Notes under the pieces: generated by a model | Seen by the model: the letters and a program-made list of their open reading frames with translations, nothing else | Database searches by the model: none | What the model was told of the DNA's origin: nothing | Origin: Escherichia coli | GTDB lineage: Bacteria; Pseudomonadota; Gammaproteobacteria; Enterobacterales; Enterobacteriaceae | Assembly (NCBI RefSeq): GCF_046105845.1 | Contig: NZ_CP151004.1 | Length of the DNA stretch: 64,000 nt | Strand: one strand, 5' to 3' | Part shown: one piece after another, positions 56,921 to 64,000 of the stretch | How positions within the stretch are numbered: the first letter of the stretch is position 1 | Layout: every line of letters starts with the position of its first letter | Position numbers and translations under genes: made by a program

Positions 56921-57080
56921 ACTATATTAGTTACAACATCCTATGTGCCTTTATCATTAACGGGTGCCATATGCCACACCTGTAAATGTTGTAAGCTTGT
57001 AGGTAATTTGTAAGTAGTGTCTTGAGAATGTGATCGTAATCACGTTTAATAGGACGACTTTTCCACGCCTGAAGATAACC

Positions 57081-57995
57081 ATGATTGTTCGTCCACAACA
57101 ACACTGGCTGCGCCGTATTTTTGTCTGGCACGGTTCAGTATTATCCAAGATATCCTCGCGCTTACTACTCAATTTTCTCTTTTCTATCGCTGTTATTTTC
57201 ATGCTGCCCTGGTACACGCATTTGGGCATTAAATTCACCCTCGCACCGTTCAGCATTCTCGGTGTCGCCATCGCCATTTTTCTTGGTTTTCGTAATAATG
57301 CCGGGTACGCCCGTTACGTTGAAGCGCGAAAACTTTGGGGGCAGTTGATGATTGCCTCACGGTCGTTACTGCGCGAGGTAAAAACGACATTGCCAGATTC
57401 GGCAAGTGTAAGGGAGTTTGCCCGGCTGCAAATCGCCTTCGCTCACTGTTTACGCATGACATTACGCAAACAACCACAGGCGGAAGTGCTGGCTCAATAT
57501 CTCAAGACGGAAGATCTTCAGCGAGTACTGGCTTCGAACTCTCCAGCTAACCGTATCTTGTTAATAATGGGGGAGTGGTTGGCGGTTCAGCGCCGCAATG
57601 GGCAGCTTTCAGATATCCTGTTTATTAGTCTCAACGATCGGCTTAACGATATTTCAGCGGTTCTGGCAGGCTGCGAGCGCATTGCCTATACGCCAATTCC
57701 CTTTGCCTACACCCTGATTTTGCATCGTACCGTTTATCTGTTTTGTATCATGCTGCCGTTCGCGCTGGTCGTGGACCTGCATTACATGACGCCTTTTATC
57801 TCTGTGCTGATTTCCTACACTTTTATTTCGCTGGATTGTCTGGCGGAAGAACTGGAAGATCCCTTCGGTACTGAAAACAATGATTTACCGCTGGATGCCA
57901 TCTGCAACGCTATTGAAATTGACCTGTTACAGATGAACGATGAAACAGAAATTCCAGCAAAAATTCTTCCCGATCGTCATTACCAGCTGACGTAA
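57081..57995 (+). CDS. yneE: Bestrophin-family membrane protein
   Basis: Start trimmed to ATG 57081 (MIVRPQQHWLRRIFVWHGSVLSKI...), 304 aa. ORF track begins at 57030. Confidence 0.85.
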   Translation: MIVRPQQHWLRRIFVWHGSVLSKISSRLLLNFLFSIAVIFMLPWYTHLGIKFTLAPFSILGVAIAIFLGFRNNAGYARYVEARKLWGQLMIASRSLLREVKTTLPDSASVREFARLQIAFAHCLRMTLRKQPQAEVLAQYLKTEDLQRVLASNSPANRILLIMGEWLAVQRRNGQLSDILFISLNDRLNDISAVLAGCERIAYTPIPFAYTLILHRTVYLFCIMLPFALVVDLHYMTPFISVLISYTFISLDCLAEELEDPFGTENNDLPLDAICNAIEIDLLQMNDETEIPAKILPDRHYQLT

Positions 57996-57998
57996 TAT

Positions 57999-58757
57999 TT
58001 ACTCCGTACGCCGGGCAACAATAAACAGACGCGGAAATGCCAGCAGTATCTCTCCGTTCTCTTGCAGTGGATACTGCTCTTCCAGCATCTGATGGTAGCG
58101 CGTAAGAAAATGCTGCTGTTCGCTCTCGGTCAGATCCTGTAACCACGGACGTAATCCAGTGGCGGTCACCCAATCGATAATCGCCTGGTGCGACGGCATC
58201 TGGTGATAGTAGGTGGTTCGCCAGATATCGACCTCACATCCGGCTTCGCTCAAAATATCGTAGTAAGCATGAACGCCAGCCAGCGGCTCACGCCCGCGAT
58301 CCGGGTAGTTTTGTTCCCAGGCAACTTCGCGCATAAGCACATGGGTCGGCTCCAGCCAGTTATCTGGCATCTGTACTGCCAGCACGCCCTGCGGATTAAG
58401 TAAAGAAACCAGATGAGGAAACAATTCGTAGTGGTCGGGCAGCCATTGCAGTGAGGCATTAGCGAAAATCAGATCCAGTGTCTGTTCCGGTTGCCAGTTG
58501 CGGATATCTGCTTCCACAAACTGGCAGTCTGGCAAAGCACTGCGCGCTTCGGCAATCATCGCCGGAGACGAGTCGATGCCTGTTATCCTGGCCGCAGGCC
58601 AACGTTGATGCAGCAGGGCGGTGCTGTTACCTGGGCCACAGCCAAGATCGGCAACGTATTTGATATTCTCCAGCGGCACTCTGGCAAGCAGCTCCACCGC
58701 CGGACGCGATCGTTCAGCGGCAAAGTGCAGATATAAAGAGGGGTTCCAGTCAGACAT
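57999..58757 (-). CDS. tam: Trans-aconitate 2-methyltransferase
   Basis: 252-aa SAM-dependent methyltransferase with SAM-binding motif [11 protein letters not shown]. Confidence 0.9.
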   Translation of the reverse strand: MSDWNPSLYLHFAAERSRPAVELLARVPLENIKYVADLGCGPGNSTALLHQRWPAARITGIDSSPAMIAEARSALPDCQFVEADIRNWQPEQTLDLIFANASLQWLPDHYELFPHLVSLLNPQGVLAVQMPDNWLEPTHVLMREVAWEQNYPDRGREPLAGVHAYYDILSEAGCEVDIWRTTYYHQMPSHQAIIDWVTATGLRPWLQDLTESEQQHFLTRYHQMLEEQYPLQENGEILLAFPRLFIVARRTE

Positions 58758-58813
58758 TTATTTACTCCCGTCAGCGCGTTACCCCTAGTGTAGATAAAAC
58801 TGATAAATTCGCC

Positions 58814-59104
58814 TCACGGCATCAACCCATTGAACAGACGTTTTTTACGCGGCCCGGTCATTAAAGATTCCAGTTTCGCGACACAGGTTTTGTAGTGGGG
58901 CGTGGTTTTATGGAATGCCACTGCGTCTTCATCTTTATAGGCTTCGTAGATATAAAAGCGCGAATTTACTTCAGGGTCCTGTAAGACATCGAAGCGCAAA
59001 TTGCCTTCTTCCTGTACCGAGCCCAGGTGGTTCTGGCGAAAAACTTCGATAAACTCGTCAACCTTGTCTTCATGAACGTTAATTTCAACCAGTGTGACGT
59101 GCAT
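58814..59104 (-). CDS. lsrG: Phospho-AI-2 isomerase LsrG
   Basis: 96-aa ABM-monooxygenase-fold protein ([26 protein letters not shown]...). Confidence 0.9.
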   Translation of the reverse strand: MHVTLVEINVHEDKVDEFIEVFRQNHLGSVQEEGNLRFDVLQDPEVNSRFYIYEAYKDEDAVAFHKTTPHYKTCVAKLESLMTGPRKKRLFNGLMP

Positions 59105-59127
59105 AATTCTTCTCCTTAAATCCGCAG

Positions 59128-60003
59128 TTACTGTTTTTCACTCAGATAGAGTTCATATGCCCGATCAGCCGTTTCGTTATGGTGTACCACCGCCTGTACG
59201 GCTTTCATCATCGCCACCGGATGGTCAGACTGGAAAATATTACGCCCCATATCCACACCAGAAGCGCCCTGATCGATAGCCTGCCAGCACATTTCCAGCG
59301 CCTCGCGCTCCGGTAACTTTTTACCGCCAGCAATAACAATGGGTACCGGACATCCGGCAACAATCCGTTCAAAACCTTTTTCGACATAATAGGTTTTGAT
59401 AATTTGCGCCCCCATTTCAGCGGCGATTCGGGTAGCCAGCGAGAAATAACGCTGATCGCGCACCATATCTTTGCCCACGCCAGTCACGGCCATGGTCGGC
59501 ATTCCCACTTTCATTCCGGCATCGACCAGCTGAATAATATTTTTGATCGATTGATGTTCATATTCGCTGCCGATATAAACCTGCGCCGCCACCGCGCAAC
59601 TGTTCAGGCGCACGGCGTCATCCATCGATAACGCCACGGCTTCATTACTTAATTCCGCCAGAATAGAGTTCGCACCTGACGCCCGCAGTACCACCGGCTT
59701 ATTGGTCGCAGGGGGGACTACGCTGCGCAAAATGCCGCGCGTACACATTAATACATCGGCATGTTCAAACAGCGGGGCGATATTTATATCAATGCGTTCA
59801 AGTCCGGTAGTCGGCCCCTGAAAATAACCATGGTCAAAGGCCAGCATCACGGTGTTACCCGTTTTCGGATTAAATATCCGTGATAAGCGTGACTGCATTC
59901 CCCAATCCAGCGCACCGCAACCTTTCAGGGTAAAAGGGATATTTTGTTGCGGTTGATCGGTACGAAAATCTTTACCATCTTTAATATCGTCTAAATCTGC
60001 CAT
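59128..60003 (-). CDS. lsrF: Phospho-AI-2 processing enzyme LsrF (class I aldolase fold)
   Basis: 291-aa ORF with DeoC/FbaB-like aldolase fold; position between lsrB and lsrG. Confidence 0.9.
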   Translation of the reverse strand: MADLDDIKDGKDFRTDQPQQNIPFTLKGCGALDWGMQSRLSRIFNPKTGNTVMLAFDHGYFQGPTTGLERIDINIAPLFEHADVLMCTRGILRSVVPPATNKPVVLRASGANSILAELSNEAVALSMDDAVRLNSCAVAAQVYIGSEYEHQSIKNIIQLVDAGMKVGMPTMAVTGVGKDMVRDQRYFSLATRIAAEMGAQIIKTYYVEKGFERIVAGCPVPIVIAGGKKLPEREALEMCWQAIDQGASGVDMGRNIFQSDHPVAMMKAVQAVVHHNETADRAYELYLSEKQ

Positions 60004-60029
60004 AACGTACTCCGGTTAAGTAATGCACA

Positions 60030-61052
60030 TCAGAAATCGTATTTGCCGATATTCTCTTTGTTGAATATCACGCGCTCCGGTAACAGTACGATGCCATTAC
60101 CATCCGCTTCGTAGTCATAGCCCTGAACGCTGTTTGGCGAGACTTCCACCTGACCTACGCCCTGGATATCCAGCTTGTCGCCCGTTTTCATTGATCCTTT
60201 TTTCAATAATGCATCCGCGACATACACTGAAATTTTGCCTTGCTGAACCACATCCCACAGGCCAAATTCTTTCACCGTGCCGCGTTCCACATATGGACGC
60301 ATCACGTTTGGCGTACTGAATCCGACAATCGCAACTTTGTCATTTTTCAGGTTTTCTGCGGCTTGTGCGGCAGCGGGCAGGGCATTGGCATCGGGGGCGA
60401 TAATGGCGTCGAGATCGCTATACGCTTTTAATATTCCTTCTGCGGTTTGTAACGATTTAGTGGCATCGTTATAGCCAAACTGCGTAGTGACAATTTCCCA
60501 GCCTGGATGCTCTTTGGCGATTTTCGCTTTCGCTTCTTTCACCCACTGGTTTTGGTCCGTAACGGTGGGGCTTGAGTAGAAAAAAGCGACTTTGGCTTTG
60601 TCTTTATTCACCTGACGCGCCGCCATATCCACCAACATACCTCCCAACTGGGCGGGCGTTCCCTGATTAATGTAGTAAGAGCGGCACTCCGGTTTAGTAT
60701 CAGAGTCCCAGGTCAGCACTCTCACACCACGTTGCATGGCGCGTTTCAGTGCCGGACACAAGCCATCAGGCGAAACCGCAGAAACGATAATGGCGTTATA
60801 ACCTTGATTGACGAAGTTATTAATCAACTGTACCTGACCAGAAACACTGGGTTCTGTCGGCCCGTCGTAGGTCACATCAACGCCCAGCTCTTTACCCGCT
60901 TGTTGTGCGCCGTTGCCGCCGCTGGTAAAAAATCCCACGCCAACCAGTTTGGGAATAAATGCAATACGCTCTGCGGCCTGCACATTCATAGAGATTGCGG
61001 CAATGCCAAGAGCGCTAAGTAAGGCGATTTTCTTAAAGCGATGAAGTGTCAT
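60030..61052 (-). CDS. lsrB: AI-2 periplasmic binding protein LsrB
   Basis: 340-aa ORF with signal peptide [26 protein letters not shown] and sugar-binding periplasmic protein fold. Confidence 0.92.
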   Translation of the reverse strand: MTLHRFKKIALLSALGIAAISMNVQAAERIAFIPKLVGVGFFTSGGNGAQQAGKELGVDVTYDGPTEPSVSGQVQLINNFVNQGYNAIIVSAVSPDGLCPALKRAMQRGVRVLTWDSDTKPECRSYYINQGTPAQLGGMLVDMAARQVNKDKAKVAFFYSSPTVTDQNQWVKEAKAKIAKEHPGWEIVTTQFGYNDATKSLQTAEGILKAYSDLDAIIAPDANALPAAAQAAENLKNDKVAIVGFSTPNVMRPYVERGTVKEFGLWDVVQQGKISVYVADALLKKGSMKTGDKLDIQGVGQVEVSPNSVQGYDYEADGNGIVLLPERVIFNKENIGKYDF

Positions 61053-61063
61053 GAAGATATCCT

Positions 61064-62056
61064 TTATGGCAATGGGTTATTGGCCCGACGCGCCAGCCAC
61101 TCTTTAATTTGCTGGCGATGCAGGCTAACGGAACGACCTACGACAACGACGATAAGTAGCGCACCGGAAAGGGCGCTGGACACCTGATTTGGCACTCCTG
61201 CCATTTGCAAACCTTGTTGCAAATATCCCACTAATAAAACCGCAATGGCGGTGCCGATAATGGAACCGGAACCACCATAAATATTGGCACCGCCAAGCAC
61301 CACGGCGGTGATGGCGGGCATCAGAAACGACGCACCGAGATCGGAACGTGCTGAACCAAAATACGATACCAGCAGCACAGCGGCGACTGCAGACGCCAGC
61401 CCCGTCATGGCATAGAGCGCACATAAGGTACGGTTAACTGGAATCGCGCTATAAAGCGCCACGCGCGGGCTTTGCCCAATCAAAAACACGTTACGTCCGG
61501 CATGGGTTTTATGCAGCCAGAGCCAGAAAACGAGGAGACATATCAGAAAGATAATCAGCGGAACAGGGAGTCCCAGCACATCCAGGTTAGCGAAATCTGT
61601 AAACGCCATCGGGAATCCACCAATACCTTCGTACCCCGTCGCTCCGGCCATCCCGGAAAGCAGCAGGGCGCTTCCGGCAAACAGATACAGCGTGCCAAGC
61701 GTAATCACCAGCGGGTTAACTTTGGTATAGATAATTAATCCGGCGTTGATCAGCCCGCACAATGCGCCGAGCAGTAAGGTCAGGAGAATCGCCAGCGGCA
61801 TCGGCACACCACTTTGAAACAGTACGCCCAATGCAATGGCGCAGAGGCCGATGGTCGAACCAAACGAAATATCGATCCCGCCACTGACAATCACCATCGT
61901 CAGCGGTAGGGCGACAATGCCAATGCAGATAAAGTCACTGGTGCTGAACAGCAACATATTGAGATCTAACATCCGCGGGTTAATTGCACCAAATGCGACA
62001 ATCTCAATAACGAGCAGTGCGGCAAGAGCCAGTTCCCAACCGTAGCGAATACGCAT
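61064..62056 (-). CDS. lsrD: AI-2 ABC transporter permease LsrD
   Basis: 330-aa ABC-2-type permease; start overlaps the lsrC stop. Confidence 0.9.
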   Translation of the reverse strand: MRIRYGWELALAALLVIEIVAFGAINPRMLDLNMLLFSTSDFICIGIVALPLTMVIVSGGIDISFGSTIGLCAIALGVLFQSGVPMPLAILLTLLLGALCGLINAGLIIYTKVNPLVITLGTLYLFAGSALLLSGMAGATGYEGIGGFPMAFTDFANLDVLGLPVPLIIFLICLLVFWLWLHKTHAGRNVFLIGQSPRVALYSAIPVNRTLCALYAMTGLASAVAAVLLVSYFGSARSDLGASFLMPAITAVVLGGANIYGGSGSIIGTAIAVLLVGYLQQGLQMAGVPNQVSSALSGALLIVVVVGRSVSLHRQQIKEWLARRANNPLP

Positions 62057-63084
62057 TATGCGGCCTCCCGTTTTTTACCTGACGAAGCGGGTTTAACGGA
62101 TGGCGGTGGCATCATAAAGCGGGCATATTTTTGCCGCCGCAGATTACGTTCCAGCGCACAACGCAGGCGTCCATCAAACACCAGCACCGCCAGCAGAACC
62201 AGGCCCGCGATAAAATCGTTCCACCATGCCGGAATGCGCAACAGCACCAGTACGCTATCGATCTGCGTCAGGAACCATGCGCCTAATACCGCACCGATGA
62301 TCGCGCCGGAACCGCCGAGCAAACTAATGCCGCCCAGCACGCAGGCTGCAATTGCTTTCATCTCCAGCCCGGTACCGGTCTGGTTGGGGATAAAACCAAT
62401 CTGCGAAGCAAACACAATTCCCGCCAGTGCCGCCATGCAGCCGTTCAACGAAAATGCCACAATGCGAATGGCTTCCGTACGAACGCCCAGTTGACGAGCG
62501 CCCTGTAAATTATCGCCCGTGACATAAAAACTGCGTCCAAACGCCGTCTTTGCCAGCAGCCAGGCCATAAATGCCACCAGAATTATCGTCAACCAACCAA
62601 TCGCGGAAACGCCAAACAGCAGCGGTGCGGAGAGCTGTTTCAGTTCGGCGGGTAACCCTTCAATCCATTTGCCGCCAGTCCACAGCAACATGATGCCTCT
62701 GTACAACCCTAACGTGCCAAGGGTGGCAACAATGGCAGGGATCTTTAGCCACGCGACCAGGACACCGTTGAAAAATCCCGCGAGCAAACCAAGCAGTAAA
62801 GTCGCGACACAGGCAACAGGTAGTGAATATCCTGCGTTCAGTAACATCCCCAACAGCACCGCGCACATTCCGGTAATCGAACCCACTGAAACATCAATAT
62901 TGCGCGTAAGCATTACCAGCGTCGCGCCCATTGCCAGCAGGATCAGGATTTGCGCGCTGCTATAAACCATGGTCAGCGTTTGCACACTTAAATACTGGCG
63001 GTCGAGAAAACCGGGTAATACAAACAGCAGCACCACCGCCAGCAGTGCCGTGATTTCACGGTTGTTCTGAATAAATTTCAGCAT
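62056..63084 (-). CDS. lsrC: AI-2 ABC transporter permease LsrC
   Basis: 342-aa ABC permease; start overlaps the lsrA 3' end by 7 nt. Confidence 0.9.
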   Translation of the reverse strand: MLKFIQNNREITALLAVVLLFVLPGFLDRQYLSVQTLTMVYSSAQILILLAMGATLVMLTRNIDVSVGSITGMCAVLLGMLLNAGYSLPVACVATLLLGLLAGFFNGVLVAWLKIPAIVATLGTLGLYRGIMLLWTGGKWIEGLPAELKQLSAPLLFGVSAIGWLTIILVAFMAWLLAKTAFGRSFYVTGDNLQGARQLGVRTEAIRIVAFSLNGCMAALAGIVFASQIGFIPNQTGTGLEMKAIAACVLGGISLLGGSGAIIGAVLGAWFLTQIDSVLVLLRIPAWWNDFIAGLVLLAVLVFDGRLRCALERNLRRQKYARFMMPPPSVKPASSGKKREAA

Positions 63085-64000
63085 GACGCCTCCTGACGCT
63101 GACTATCGCCGAAGGCAACGCGCATAATGGTCTCGACATTAATATCGCGTCCGGTCAGTGCAGAGTGGGCAATTTCGCCCTGATGCATCACATATACGCG
63201 ATCTGCCATCAGTTCGATCTCTTCCAGATCAGAGGAGATAAGCAGCACTGCCACATTCTGTGCGGCGATGCTGCGCAACAGCTGGTAGATATCATTACGG
63301 ACTGAGACATCCACGCCGCGCGTCGGCTCATCGACAATCAATACTTGCGGCGAGGCTTCCAGACATTTGGCAATCAGGATTTTTTGCTGGTTGCCGCCGG
63401 ATAAGGTCCGCGCAGCTTGTTCCGGTTGGTTAAATTTAATATTCAGCGCCCGACGATAACGTTCCAGTGTGGCGTTATCTTTCGCGGTTTTCGCCCAGAA
63501 TCCACGAAGGTTATGAGTAAGGGCGCAGACATTCCAGGCCAGCGAAGCATCGAGATTCAGTCCGGATGACTGGCGATCTTCCGGCAGATAAACCAGACCG
63601 CGCAGTAAACGTTCTCCAGTGGATAATTTATTGATCTCTTTACCATTCAGCATAATGCGTCCGCCACGCAAAGTACGCAGACCATAGAGCGTCTCGGCCA
63701 GTTCTGTGCGTCCGGCCCCCACCAGCCCAGCCAGCCCCAGAATTTCTCCGGCATTAAGCGTCAGGCTGACATTCATAAAACCTTCGCCGGTCAGGTTTTC
63801 CAGTGTCAGCACCGGCGTTCCGGCGGCATGTTGTGGGCGGTTGCCAGGTAACTCCAGCCATAATTTTTGGCTGGCAGAGAGCGATTTTTCCCGTAGCGCT
63901 GGCGTGATGGCCTGAATAATGTCGTCGGTAGACAGTTCGATGGTTTTGCCGCTTAAGGCGATAGTTCCGTCGCGCATCACGCTAATCCGATCGGCAATCT
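63078..64000 (-). CDS. lsrA: AI-2 ABC transporter ATP-binding protein LsrA (3' portion; 5' end beyond the window)
   Basis: C-terminal nucleotide-binding domain with ABC signature LSGGNQQK and Walker B LIVDEPT; frame remains open to the window edge. Confidence 0.9.
   Translation of the reverse strand, partial: IADRISVMRDGTIALSGKTIELSTDDIIQAITPALREKSLSASQKLWLELPGNRPQHAAGTPVLTLENLTGEGFMNVSLTLNAGEILGLAGLVGAGRTELAETLYGLRTLRGGRIMLNGKEINKLSTGERLLRGLVYLPEDRQSSGLNLDASLAWNVCALTHNLRGFWAKTAKDNATLERYRRALNIKFNQPEQAARTLSGGNQQKILIAKCLEASPQVLIVDEPTRGVDVSVRNDIYQLLRSIAAQNVAVLLISSDLEEIELMADRVYVMHQGEIAHSALTGRDINVETIMRVAFGDSQRQEASC

Overview
This 64-kb window reads as one contiguous, gene-dense stretch of Escherichia coli chromosome: ydgI - ydgH - pntAB - tqsA - mdtJI - ydgD - asr - ynfM/ynfL - mlc - ynfK - clcB - dmsD/ynfHGFE - ynfDCBA/speG - rspAB - ydfJIZHG - dcp - ydeI - dgcZ - mgtS - ydeE - eamA - [accessory locus] - marBAR/marC - sotB - yneKJ - sad - glsB - yneG - dgcF - uxaB - yneE - tam - lsrGFBDCA. 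It is in reverse orientation relative to MG1655 as I remember it. About 65 protein genes are supported; I found no rRNA, tRNA, CRISPR array, IS element, integrase or transposase. Gene identities come from reading the supplied translations against proteins I recall; no database search or computation was run, and all K-12 comparisons are from memory. Most of the window is ordinary core genome. I did not find a wholly new system. The most interesting region is a 5.8-kb accessory beta-glucoside locus between eamA and marB: a divergent GntR/HutC regulator plus PTS EIIB - EIIC - EIIA - sugar porin - GH1 phospho-beta-glucosidase, matching the architecture of the described bgc (bgcR/bgcEFIHA) locus. 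Here it carries two apparent lesions: an out-of-frame internal deletion in the EIIC gene and a +1 frameshift near the 3' end of the porin gene. Other departures from the K-12 layout: no Qin prophage (ydfJ is intact and directly follows rspB), ydeJ is reduced to a short 3' remnant, and MarR carries G103S and Y137H. I also flag a small hydrophobic ORF with a strong terminator between asr and ynfM, the 31-aa MgtS gene, and several operator-like and terminator-like elements. Several ORF-track starts are trimmed to internal start codons that match known N-termini and have a Shine-Dalgarno sequence.
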